From: Octopus sinensis
Taxonomy: Eukaryota
Length of the DNA stretch: 64,000 nt
Assembly (NCBI RefSeq): GCF_006345805.1
Contig: NC_042997.1
Span: 61,814,001 to 61,878,000, forward strand
Direction of reading: 5' to 3'
This document shows positions 24,356 through 36,892 of the stretch, piece by piece. The first letter of the stretch is position 1; each line of letters starts with the position of its first letter. The notes beneath the pieces are model-generated. The model saw nothing but the letters and a program-made list of their open reading frames with translations. It was not told the DNA's origin and ran no database searches. The translations under genes and the position numbers were made by a program.

Positions 24356-27300
24356 CAGCAGGCTTCTTTCAGTTTCCATCTACCAAATCCGCTCACAAGG
24401 CTTTGGTCAGCCTGAGGCTATGATAGAAGACACCTGCCTGAAGTGCCACATAGTGGGACTGAAACTGGAACCATGTAGTTTGGAAGCAAGCTTCTTTCCA
24501 CACAGACACACCTGTGCCTATACATATATATATAAAAGTATATGTACATCAAGTGATTATATACTCCACTAGGAACTCATTTATATGACTGTCTTTCATC
24601 CAACCTTTTTTTAGTTTATCTTTTTTAAAGCTCAAACATACAATTGAGCCCATAGTAAACCTCTTGCATTCTTGCTTGACTTGCTGGAAACTGCTGTCAA
24701 ATCTCTCATCTTCAAAGCACATACTACTATATTACAAAAAATAGATAAATAAAAAGAAGCGTCAGAACAGATTGGATAACATAGTGCTGGATTATTTGAA
24801 CATTAGTAAAGATTGGATAGTCACCCACTAATGCAATGTCTTTTGATTGTAGATATGCTTCTACAGAGTTCACCAGGAGCTAAACAACAGTTTATACACA
24901 AACTTATTCTCTGTTCAGTCTTACATTAATAAAAAAACAAGCAAATAAAAAAACAAACTTAATTGCTTATTTTATATCACAGAACATTTATGGTTTCATT
25001 GAGATTAGGAAGAAAGATAACACAATAGAACAAATGCAGTAACTGAAATCTTGAGTTGTGGAAACAAGTTGTTACAACAGTTCACTTCTTGCTTAATATA
25101 TGTTAGTATTAGTTGATGTTGTGGTGGTGATGTTGGTTGGAGGAATATGATTGTAGGATCACAATTGTTGCTTGATGATAACCATATGCATTGCAATCTT
25201 CAACTGAGACACCAACTGTTAAAGTGTTTCATGTTTTCAATGGCCACTGACAGTTGAGTGTTTGTAGCTCAAAGAAATGAGAGTTAAAATAAACAACTTC
25301 ACACTTTAATGCTGCTGCAGACAAAGTTGAAGTATCATCATCATCATTATCATTGTTTTAATGTAGGTCTGTTGCCATTGTTGTTAGTGTAGGTGGAATT
25401 AAGACTTAGTTCAATTTCATAATGGACTATAGGCTAAACACTGCTACTAAGTGGGAAAAAATATATTCCATTATGGGCCAGAGTAAATGCAATATGTCTT
25501 AGCAAAGAAGTGTGATATATTTACAGAGAAAAAGAGAGAGAGAGAGGGAAGGCAATACATAATCAGTGTCATCAGCATAAGTTTCTTAGTTCTTTTCCCT
25601 CTGCCTGACAGTTTTCACCTCTCACTTGCAATGCTTTCTACTGCAATAATATACTTGCTTTAAAAAAAAATTCCAAATCTAAAGGCAGTGATGTCACAGT
25701 GCTAATTACATCTTGAGGTCCTGAGTGATTGTTTAAGTATTTCAAATATCATGTAACAAACAATAGAAAGCTTTTTTTCATATGACTTCTAATATATATT
25801 AATACTTCTCCGCATTTATCTTTGAGCTACACTTTGATATTTGTTTGTCACTTTAACAGGTCCCATTGATTTCTGATTGAAGAACTGTGAAGTTTGTGTT
25901 TTTTGATACAGCAATATTCTGCTCTTCCTAATACCTATTGTGTTTTCAGAAATGTTTTTATTTTTGGTTTAGTTGGGGAAAGTTAGGGTAGCACTCAGAA
26001 ACTTTTGTAGAGTGTTTGGGGTTGGTGTGAAAAAATAGGTTGGCCTAAATGCATGTAGTAGCAGGAACCCTGTTCAACATACTCAAAGGTTAAATGACGA
26101 TGTTAAATCAACTGACAGATTAATTCTACCACTCAAGAACACATACACTCTATCTGACTGGTTACTGCATAGTTATTGTCTGTCCAGTTTCATTTGTAAG
26201 GCTTGTGCTGACCCAAAGCTATGGTAGAAGGCACTTGTCCAAGATGCTAAGCAGTAGGTTTTTAAATCCTGAATCACAGAACTACAAAGCAAACTCTTTA
26301 ACATTGCAGCCACTCCTACATCGATAATTTATATAATTTTGAATATTATCTCCACTTTAATATCTTGCCTTTCTTTCCTTTGAATAAGGTAGTGGTGAAA
26401 ACAGAAACCTGCAGCTATGATGTGGGTGGCCAGTTGGCAGAAACAGTTAGCTGCTGAATTAATTATGTAATTGTGTTTTATTCTGTCTATATACACTGAA
26501 TTCAAATCCTGTTGGAGTTAACTTTGCCGTCATCATTCCACATTTGCAAAATAGTACCAGCTGTCTACTGGAGTTAATCTGATTGATTCATTCTGCTATC
26601 TCTACAAAATAGGACTTGTGTTTCAGTTCTGATATCCATATAGCTAGAGTATTCTGTTACTAGCTTATGAATCTATTGTTGATATCTATTGTGAGTATTT
26701 CACTTTATCTGTGGTTAAAACAATATATGATATGCCTCAGCTCATTGCACTATAATGAATAGGTGTTACATCTGGGGGAGCTACAATTGACTAATGTGCT
26801 AACCAGTGGGTAAATGTTTTAATTGCTTATTGAAACAGAAACCAAAATATGGTGTTACTCCCATAGTTCTTTACATGTGATAAACCATTTTGTAAATGTT
26901 TTTTTTAGAGATTAACATAACTAAAGTAATGACAATAAATGATGATGAAGAGTTACTACATTGGCTTGGGGAGTTAAAAGTGCATAGATGATTGAACCAA
27001 TACTGCTAAGTAATCTTGTATACACTAAACAGATGATCAGCTAAATAGAGCCTTGACATGATGTGAATTCAGAATGTAAAGGGGAGCTAATTATTTAATT
27101 GTATGATGCCTACAATTATAGATCTGTATAATTTATCAAAATGTAATCATTTTGTAATACTCATATCAGTGTCCAAAATTTGGTTGAACAGGTCTTTTGT
27201 TCCCTATCTTTTCATGCTTTTGGTCTTGTGTCACCTTGTCAATGAGTCTGTTTTCTTCCTTAAAAGTCTGTTCTATTTCATTTCCAGTTTCTCTCAATCT

Positions 27301-27979
27301 GCCCATACCTTGATTACCTTTCAGTTTAAACTTACTGCGTTATTTTTCTCCTTGCATATAGTAGCAGTGATGTATGTAGCAGGGGAACTGACATGTCTCA
27401 CTGCTATACGCACCTCTGCCTGTACAAGTAGCAGGTCTTGAAATTTCTCTTATCACTCTTAAACTGCTGTCACTTGCTACACCTTCTCAGCACTTTTTAT
27501 GGCATCCAGGTACAACTTACCTGCCTACTACTTTCCACAAGTCATCAGAACAGTTTATTGTCTTCATGGTTGCTCATGCTGTTAGCTATGCTAGTGCTAA
27601 AGTTCATATTCTTTGTCAATCTGCCAGAGATTCCCTGTCAGTCTGCCACTACAATGTTTGTGCACTCATTGTTTTGTACTGACTTCACAGCATAGAGTTC
27701 TTTTCTAGGTTTGAAAATTAAAAAAAAAACCTGCTGAGATTTTCTGGTCTTTGCTACTAACTGGTAGCAAGTACTTACTTCAAATTTAGGTCTTTTCACT
27801 TTCATTCTTGTTTCAAATTTCATTTGTAATAAGTTATTCAGTCGAATATCATAACCAGTGTACAGAATTTCCTCTCATGGTTATCCAATCGACTCTAGTT
27901 GAATTACCTCAGATATTTGAATGAAGGGAAGTAGGATGTGCTACTTAACATATCCATTTGTGCAATAAATTCTTTAAGT

Positions 27980-28204
27980 TTAACCCTTTAGCATTCATTT
28001 AGATTACTCTATCAACTGTAATGCTTATTTATTTATTGTTTTGAATTAATTATGCATTATCTCACAGCTCCAAGATTTCAGTGATGTGATAGCTTAGTTT
28101 TAGAATAACATTGTAGGGTAAGTGTGAGAAGTTGAATCTGTCAAATTTGAACATAAAACAAGTAGAATATTTGGGTCTGAAGTAGCTGGCTTAAATGTTA
28201 AAGA
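27980..28204. mobile_element. TTAA-flanked MITE (orientation A)
   Basis: TTAACCCTTTAGCATTC start with the same interior as 49582-49802. Confidence 0.7.
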
Positions 28205-28485
28205 CCATGCTGGAGCACTGCCATGAAAGGTTTTAGTCAAACAAATTAACCCCAGGACTTCTATTTTTTAGCCTAGTACTTATTCTATCAGTCTCTTTTG
28301 CTGAATCACTAAGTTACGGGGATGTAAACACACTAGCACTGGTTGTCAAGCAGTGGTAGGGGACAAAGACACACAAGCACACACACATAGATATTATACA
28401 TAAATATATACAATGGGCTTCTTTCAATTTCTGTCTACCAAATCCACTCACAAGGCTTCATTCGGTCTGAAGCTATATTAGAAGA

Positions 28486-28779
28486 CAGTACAGCATTTGG
28501 GGAAAAAATTTTAAAGAATCAAGTGCAAGTGTGGTTGTGTGGTAAAAAGCTTACTTGCCAACCACAAGGTTTCAGATTCAGCCCCCTGCATGGAACCTAG
28601 GGCATCATCATCATCATCATCATCGTAAAGCGGACGCTAAACGATGATGATGATGATGATGCCCTAGGTTCCATGCAGGGGGACTGAATCTGAAACCTTG
28701 TGGTTGGCAAGTAAGCTTTTTACCACACAACCACACTTGCACTTGATTCTTTAAAATTTTTTCCCCAAATGCTGTACTG
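28486..28779. repeat. Near-perfect palindrome, about 140-bp arms, 14-nt loop
   Basis: CAGTACAGCATTTGGGG...CATCATCGT-aaagcggacgctaa-ACGATGATG...CCCCAAATGCTGTACTG. The arms differ only by a 1-nt indel and the ATC repeat count. Confidence 0.97.
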
Positions 28780-28887
28780 GCTATTGAATGGTATGCTGTG
28801 AACTAAGTAGTTATTGATATATAGGACTAGCTGAAACTGTTAACATATCTAGTATGGCAGCTTTAGCATGGGATATGATATCATAAT

Positions 28888-29115
28888 TTAACCTTTTAGC
28901 TTTTAAATCAGACATATCGGACCCAAATATTCAAACAAAACTTATTGTTAAGTGAGTGAGATCTGGCCTCTCTTACCTACATTACAGTGTCATTCTAAAA
29001 ATAAGCAATCACATTATTGAAATGTTGAAGGTACAAGATAAAGCAGTATTAATAAAAAAAATATGAATATATAATCATTACATTTGTCAGAATAATCTGA
29101 ATGCTAAAGAGTTAA
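28888..29115. mobile_element. TTAA-flanked MITE (orientation B)
   Basis: TTAACCTTTTAGC...AATGCTAAAGAGTTAA, with the interior inverted relative to the 27980 copy. Confidence 0.7.
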
Positions 29116-29203
29116 AGTTATCTTTCTGTTTATTTAGTAAGGAAATGGAAGAAGGTAACTGATAGTCAAGTAGAAAGGTAGATAGTCTCTTTTTGCTCTA
29201 CAC

Positions 29204-29488
29204 CAGTGGTTCTCAACTGGGATCCATATGGTCCCTGAGGGCTCATGTAAGATTTTTGTGGGTCCACACAACAAAATAGTAAATTTTGCTTTAGAAACAG
29301 CTAGGTTTCTTTCTCTAACATTTTACATAGTTCACCCTACACAAGTTAATGTGGGAAAACAATAAATAACATTCTATAAAACTAGTTTTTAAACTAGTGA
29401 TGGGAGTCCACCAGAATGGTGATGGGGGTCCACCATAATAAAATAGCAATCAAAGGGGTCCATAGATAAAAATGGTTGAAAACTCCTG
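29204..29488. mobile_element. hAT (Charlie-like) MITE with perfect 8-bp TSD
   Basis: Ends CAGTGGTTCTCAAC and GTTGAAAACTCCTG. CTCTACAC is duplicated at 29196-29203 and 29489-29496. Confidence 0.9.
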
Positions 29489-30258
29489 CTCTACACAGTC
29501 ACTGATAGAATATTCAGGTAGGTGGCGTTGGCAACTAAATGATGTGTATAAAAAATCTAAATCAATTGAAATTTTCTTCTTAATCTTTTATCTTTTATTT
29601 GCTTCAGCCATTGGCCCATGGCCATGCTGGGGCACCTCCTTGAAGGGTTTCATTTGAATGATTCAACCAAAGTACTTACATTTTTTTTAAAGCCGGATAC
29701 TTATTCGATTGTTCATCTTATGCTACACTGTTGAGGAATATAAACAAGCCAGTACTAGTTGTCAGTTTTGGTACAAACACAAGACACATGCATGACAGGT
29801 CTTTTTAACTTCTCTCTACCAAATCCACTCACAAGCCTTTGGTCAGCCTGGAGCTGTAGCAGAAGATACTTGCCCTAGGTGCAATGCAGTGGGATTAAAC
29901 TATGTAATTTGGAAGTAAACTGTGAAAAGAAAGCACAAAATTAGTGACAGTTACTCTTTTACTCTTTTCTTTTTTGGATTCAGTTGCTGATGATTCTGGA
30001 AGAAAAGAGGAGATAATTAGAAGAAATTAAGAATTAATTTCACAAAAAGAAAAACAAATGATTATCATGATTAGTTGTAAATATGATCTTTGTTAGTAGA
30101 CCAGGTAACAACTGTGGACATGTTTTGGTGTTATTAGACCATATCTTTCCCAAGTCTACTGTATAATATTGACTCATCTACATTTGCCTATAAATAGCCT
30201 TTGTGTTAATTAAAGAGTATAGTTCAGACAGGAAATTAAGACCTATATCTGTGTTTGC

Positions 30259-30303
<45 letters not shown>

Positions 30304-30518
30304 CGGCACTTTTCAATGAAGGCCCCTGTTAGTGTATGTTTTTCATTCATGTGTGTTAACTACAGCATTAGAGCAATTTAGCTCTTATTTCTAGCAATGT
30401 AAAGTGTTTCATAACACCCTAGTCACATTTAGTGACATTTGTAATTCTCCTTTTTGGTGGAACATTGCAAAATGCTGTTTATATTAATTTATATATATAC
30501 ACACACACACACACACAC

Positions 30519-30900
30519 CTTTCAAGTGTTGGGCCTCATGGAGGCAAAGTGGATGAGTTCCTTTTGAGCATTGGGCCTCACGGAGGCAAAGTGGTTGAGT
30601 TCCTTTCGAGTGTTGGGCTACTCGGATGCAATGACTGAGACCTTTGGCATTATGTTGTGCTTGAGAAGAAGGCCCATCAAGCCAAGCAAAATTGCAGTCA
30701 TGGCAGATACTGGTGTCACACAAATGGTACCTGTGCTGGTGGCACATAAAAGCATACATTACACTCTGGTTGGTATTAGGAAAAGCATCCAGCCATAGAA
30801 AACCATGCCAAATCAGACTGGAGTCTGGTGCAGCCTTCCAGCTTACCAGCCCTGTTCAAACTGTCCAGCCCATGGACAACAGATGTTAAATGATGATGAA
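30519..30900 (+). mobile_element. RTE-derived non-autonomous element with about 42-bp tandem units and (GAT)n tail
   Basis: TTGGGCCTCA(T/C)GGAGGCAAAGTGG(A/T)TGAGTTCCTTT occurs twice plus a partial copy, followed by RTE 3'UTR sequence and GTTAAATGATGATGA. Confidence 0.7.
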
Positions 30901-31304
30901 GCTGTATCCAGACTGAATGAATCAGATAGTGTTGCAGTTCTATGTTGTGGAGTATTTTTGTGGGTCCTTTTTATTTGATGGGGGTGGGGGCTGCCAGAGT
31001 GTAGAACAGTGTCCCTAGCCCTTTTATTTTCTAGGGGTCATTATGCATGCAGTGTCAGGGATCTGACGATTAATGTTTGCATCAGTAAGAGACTGCTCTT
31101 TTGTACATTCTAGAAGAGGGTTTTTCACTGAACATACTTATTCATATATCTTACAGCATGAAGAGAATTGATATATAAATATTACAGAATCAATTAAAGT
31201 GAATTAAAAGCGCCATTAAGAACAGATCATTAAACTCTGACAGGTTATTACAATGCAGTAAATCAAGTTGGATCACCTGGCATAAATAGACTTGGATGTA
31301 TAAG

Positions 31305-31962
31305 CGGAGAACGTTTTTTATTATTGTACAGAATCTACTTTTCATTGCAAGTCACGATACGGTCGAGAAATGGATCGTTCTGATTATGAAGTGACAAGCA
31401 AGTTTCATATCGGTGCATTTTCTGATTTTCATTCAAATCGTGTGGTACTCATTTGCCGAGCTTTTCTGATTTTTCAATAGCATGCAAATGGTTGCAGGTA
31501 GTTATCTGGCTAACTTGAAGTTCTTTTGCCAGTTCTCAAATAATTTTACATGGATCTTTTAATGACAGTCTTTAATCGACCATCATTGATGACAGATGGG
31601 CATCCACTATACTCACAATCTTCAGGGCTCAGGTCGCCACTGTGTAATCATTTGAACCATTTTTGAGCTGACCACTCACTGGTCATTTCCTCACCAAATG
31701 TTTCATTCATATTGCAAGCAGTTTCAGCTGCTTTACGTCTGTTTTTGAAGTTGAATAGCAAAATTGCTTGAATATTGTGGCTTTGACAGTTCCATTTCAG
31801 ATGATTGTAACACTGGCAAAAAATATCAATGTTAATTTATTGATGCATTTGGCCAAGTCTGTCTATATTATCAGACATCTGCAAAAAAGGTTTAAAAAAA
31901 ATTCAAAACTCAGCAAAAATCATGATGTTCAAAATGTTGCTTACTTTTTACTCAACCTGATA
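31305..31962 (-). mobile_element. mariner relic (Hsmar1/cecropia-like), 5' half
   Basis: TIR-like TATCAGGTTGAGTAAAAAGTAAGC. Translation gives IQAILLFNFKNRRKAAETACNMNETFG...QKWFK and K*VPHDLNENQKMHR...NDPFLDRIVTCNEK*ILYNN. Confidence 0.9.
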
Positions 31963-32018
31963 CACATATATAATCAGAATCGTTTAACGTCTGTCTTCCT
32001 TGCTGACATGGGCTGGAC

Positions 32019-32130
32019 TCTCTCGCTCTCATTCTCTCTTGTTCTCATTCTCTCTCGCTCTCATTCTCTCTTGTTCTCATTCTCTCTCGCTCTCATTCTC
32101 TCTTGCTCTCATTCTCTCTCGCTCTCATTC
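32019..32130. repeat. Pyrimidine-rich minisatellite (about 32-bp unit built from CTCTCGCTCTCATT / CTCTCTTGTTCTCATT)
   Basis: Three to four tandem units are directly visible. Confidence 0.9.
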
Positions 32131-34013
32131 CCCCTCTCTCATGCTTCAGTTTCTGATTTCCTTCTTTATCTCCCCACTTACTGCTCCACTTTCTCTTCAT
32201 TTATTGTCATATCTACCCCTTTATCACTTCTATTGTCTTTTTCACTGGTTTATATGTCTTTTGTTGAGGTATTTCTGGCAGTGTTGCTATGGTAAATATG
32301 TTTGAAATCATCTGCTCTGATTGAATAATTAGTTTGTTGTTGATTAATTGATGCTTGAAGACATGTTGGTGTTAGTGAGGTTGAATAACTTAGTTTACTG
32401 GCAGATGTTTGTAGTCTGTTGGCTTGTGCATCTAATATCATCATTGTTGTGTTTTCATCCACTTTTTCATGCTTGCATGAGTTGGATGGAATTTTGTTGA
32501 GGTGGAATTTCTAACCTGGATGCCCTTCCTTCCTGTCAGCTTGATTCTAAGCATGGTAATATTTCTTCATGACTAAGCAAGTTTCCATGGAAGGTTGGAA
32601 ATAGAGAACACTACTTGCATAATAGTGACATTTGTTTACAGCTATCATGTGATGTCAAAGCAAGGAGACAGTAGCACATGCATGCACACAAGCACACACA
32701 TACACGCCAGTCATCTTTCATTTTCACCCACAAGGCCTTAGTCCAAGGCTATTGTAGAAAACACTTGGCCAAGATTTCATGCAGTGAGATTGAATCCAGA
32801 ACTATGTGATTGGGAAACAAACTTCTTAACCACACTGCCATGCCTGCACCTAAAATGTATATATATATATATATATATCTGTTTGTGTGGCCTAGTGGCT
32901 AGGGTGTTGCAAGATCATGGTTTTGATTCCTGGACTGGGTGGTGTGTTATGTTCTTGAGCAAAACACTTCATCTCACATTGCTCTGTGATCTCTTCGACA
33001 GTCCATATGAGCATGGAAAACTGGATGTTAAAATGGTGATGATGTCTTCCAGATATTGCTCACTAAGATTTCGTAAATTACCTGGCAATTTTTGCACTCA
33101 ATTGCTGCTATAATTAATTGTCAGTCGACTAGAATTAGCAGCTCAAACTCCTTCCTTGAAATCACTGTGTTAAAAGTTGCTCATTCTTTGAAAACATCAT
33201 TGATGATGTTTTGTGCATAAATGTACTAAGTTGTCTGTGACAGTAATTTTTTTTTGTTTTTTGCACATTTTACTTAATCAATCAATATAAATGGACGGAG
33301 ATGGATAGAGTTTATTGTTCTTAATTAGTTGCAACCATTGTGCTGTGTCCTTAGAGAAGCACTTAAATCTTAATAGGTCAATTATCATTTTATGCCCATT
33401 TTACCATGAGTTAGATGGACTTCATAATGTCTCACCACCCACCTATGTTCTTCTTGTCACCCACTGTAATCCTTTGTCTTGCCACTTGTTATGATCCATT
33501 GTTACCTAGGATACAACAACAGAAAAAGAAAATCCTACTCCAATGTGGATATCTTACAGCACAAACAGTGAATATTGGATAGTATAGATAATCAGGGAAA
33601 TTGTTCATACACTGAAATGTGTATACATGAATCTAGACATGCACACATAAACATGGTTATGTGTTCATCAACATTCTACATACTGCATGTAACAGGCACA
33701 AGCATGGCTGTGTGGTAAGAAGCTTACTTTGCAACCACATGATTCTGGGTTCAGTCTCATTGCATGGTGCCCTGATCAGGTGTCTTCTACACTAGCCTTG
33801 GGCTGACCAAAGCCTTGTGAGTAGATTTTGTAGACAGAAATTAAAAGAAGCCAGTCATGTGTATGTATATAATCATCATCATCACTGAGCATCTGCTTTT
33901 CATTCTAGCATGGAATAGATGGTATGACTGGAACTGATAAACTGGAGAGTTGTACCAGGTTCCAGTCTGATTTATCTTCCTAGCACCAACCAATTCAAGA
34001 GTGTAGTGGGTGC

Positions 34014-34081
34014 CATTAGTAGCTGATGAGAATGTATTGTAGCTCTTTGCTCCGACATTTGAAACTCCAAGTACTATAATG
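34014..34081 (+). ncRNA. Candidate type I minimal hammerhead ribozyme
   Basis: Stem I CATTA(G)TAG / CTATAATG, core CTGATGA 34023-29, stem II GAATGT / ACATTT, GAAAC 34061-65, short stem III, and GTA cleavage triplet 34071-73. Confidence 0.6.
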
Positions 34082-34172
34082 TCAAACTGTCAGTGTTTGT
34101 TCTAAATTATAACATATATAAATAATCTTCTATTTAATATCGAGGTCTCATTCTTTTGTTGGTACTTTTTAT

Positions 34173-34203
<31 letters not shown>

Positions 34204-36669
34204 TTGTGTGTTGTCTATATATGTTTGTGTATATATACCTGTGTATGTATGTATATATGTGTGTGTATGTATGTGTGTGTTATGTTTGTGTGTCTGTCCT
34301 TGTCCCCCACCATTGCTTGATCACCGATGGTGATGTGTTTATGTCCCTGTAACTTACAGAGAATAAGTCCTGGGCTCGATTTGTTTGAGTAAAGGCAGTA
34401 CTCCAGATGGACGCAGTCAAATGACTGAAACAAGTAAAAGAATAAAAGAATATATATACATTTGTGTGTGTATATATTTATATATATAACCTATGCCATA
34501 TTAATTTAGTATTAGAATCCTTCAAGTTGTATAAAAATAGTTATTGTCTGCATCATTTGAAATAAATAAATTCTGCATAAGGTGTAAAAGATAAAAATAA
34601 TTTGTATGGTGTTAGTAACAAAATATTTTTAAGAAATAGAACTTTTATCATCAGTCTTAAATTTATTTTCACTAGTGTAGTTGTGTGTGTGTCTGATTGT
34701 GTGTCCCCCTTGTACCCCAATGCTTTAGAACCTGTATTGGTGAGTTTATGTCCATGTAACCTAAATGGCCTGGGAAAAGTACTTGACTTAATAAAGAAAA
34801 TAAGCCTTGTTGTCAATTTGTTTGACTAAATTCCTTTGAGGCTGTGTCCCAACATGGCCATGGTCAAATTACCTTGATCAACAGGTAAAAGACACCATTT
34901 CTCTTTGAAACTTTGCAACTTCTCAAGTGTTCTAAATCCCACTATCTTATTAACCCTTTCATTACCAAATTCCTTTTAAAATCCACAGACTTTGTTTTAA
35001 TTAATCCTTGTAATAATGAAGAATTTAGTAAAATAACTTCACCATTAATAAACTGGAGTTTGGAAAATAAGTTAGTATGAAATGTTTATGGAAGTTTTTA
35101 ACTGAGTTCACTTCAAACTAGTATGTTTGTATCATAGATCTATGGGTGGTCTTGGACAGTTAGGTATCAAAATGCTCAAGTGGGAACTACTTGATATTTA
35201 TGATACTTAATTTTGGGTTTTATTATCTGGGTTCAAACTTTGCTTATTATTCTTTCTGAGTCAATAAGAACAACACCAGTAATCAATGCCAAGATACTTT
35301 ACTTGATTGTGGAAAGCTGCATACATTGCTTTTACAAATAAATCCTTGTATTTAGGCCAAAGAAACCATGATGCTTCCATACAGTGGTTTACTTAAGTGA
35401 ATGGTGCAAAATATACTTTACAGTAACACTTTATTAATGTTTCTTTGAGAATTATTAGACCAAATAAAGAATGCTGCATAATTTTCTGCCAGTGATAAAC
35501 AATTTATAAACCACATAATTCAATATATTTAATGATGACAGTGTGTTTGAAAATCTTAGAATTTTTCAACCAATTTCAACATTTACCCTAAGTACGACTG
35601 GTAACAATATCAGTGAACAAACAATTGGTTTCATGTACTCCTGTGCATGCTATTTGATCATGCTATTTGATTGATTGTCAGACCAAACAGAAGTTATATT
35701 GTTGTAGTTTATAAGTCAAGTAATCTGATAGTTCAATCACCTCATTGTTTTGTATTTAACTTAGACACATAATCCATCATTACCTTTATTCAGTGCTATT
35801 GTTCTGTTGTGAATCTGTGTATTTCTTTCTGGGTTTGTTTGATTTCTACCTCACTTTTTCTTTTCATTTTGAACTACATTGGTTCTTAATTAAAGTCATT
35901 TACTCTACTATCAAAGTGTGGCTATCTCTGAGGATAGATTTCTTATTTCTCTTTTAACTATTTTTGTATGATCTGACCTAATAACATAAAACATTTAAGT
36001 ACCAGTTTCTGAAAGCTTCTTGGGATTAATTTTTTTTGTAACAGGATTCCTTATATTTTCTCATATTGCTCTACAGAAGCCCCAGTGTTTTTGTTTTAAA
36101 AGGAAGATCTGTTCAGTTTCCTAAAAAAAAATTTTTTTTTTTTTGAGATTTGAAAAATTTTTTGGTAGGATTTTAAATAAAAACATTTCTATATCTTGTA
36201 AAATACTTTTCCTTTTCAGTTTAGAAGCATTGATTGGCTTTGTCTATATAAGGTCACATATAATTTGGGATAATTGTAGTGTCTATTTTATTAGTTAACT
36301 TGACTAAGGATAACAGAATTGTGTCCTGGTTTAAGTCATTGCAAGAAGAAAAAGTTGAACTTACTACTACCTCTGAGTTGGCATTGCATCTCTTTAGCCA
36401 CTTGATCAATATAATGTAAAGTAAGCTGTGTAACTCTGACATGAATTGGTAGATGGCTATGTGTTTGACTTATTTATATAAACAGAAACCATAAATGTAT
36501 ATCTGAAAGGCATAGACTTAGCTTTATTTTTTATTTTTATCCAGAAAATATGTGATAAATTTGCCTTTGGTGAGGGTACTTATCTGTTGGTGATAATGTC
36601 ATCCTCCAACGATCTTTCCTTCATCTAAGTGATGGGAGAAAAGCAGATTGAAATATTTTTCTCATAGCT

Positions 36670-36892
36670 CTAACCCTTTAGCATTCAAACTGGCCATATC
36701 CAACCCCAAATTTTCTACCTATTTTATGTTTAAACTGGCCAGATCTGGCCTCTCACACCTACCTAAGAATGTCATTCTAAAAATGGGCATCATTGAAATA
36801 TGAAAGCTACAAAACAATGCATGATTAATTCAAATCAATGTGAAGAAATAAGCATTATATTTGGCTGAGTAATCTGAATACTAAAGGGTTAA
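36670..36892. mobile_element. TTAA-flanked MITE (orientation B)
   Basis: TAACCCTTTAGCATTC...AATACTAAAGGGTTAA. Confidence 0.75.

Noticed and set aside
29950-30030. Pyrimidine tract plus CAG followed by VADDSGRKEEIIRRN*
   Set aside because: No kinase similarity, and such acceptor-like tracts are common in AT-rich introns.
30519-30640. CRISPR-like repeats
   Set aside because: Tandem units without unique spacers, derived from the RTE ORF end, in eukaryotic DNA.
31768-32295. 175-aa ORF
   Set aside because: It is open because of a CT-rich minisatellite and the antisense of a mariner end, with no protein-like signal.
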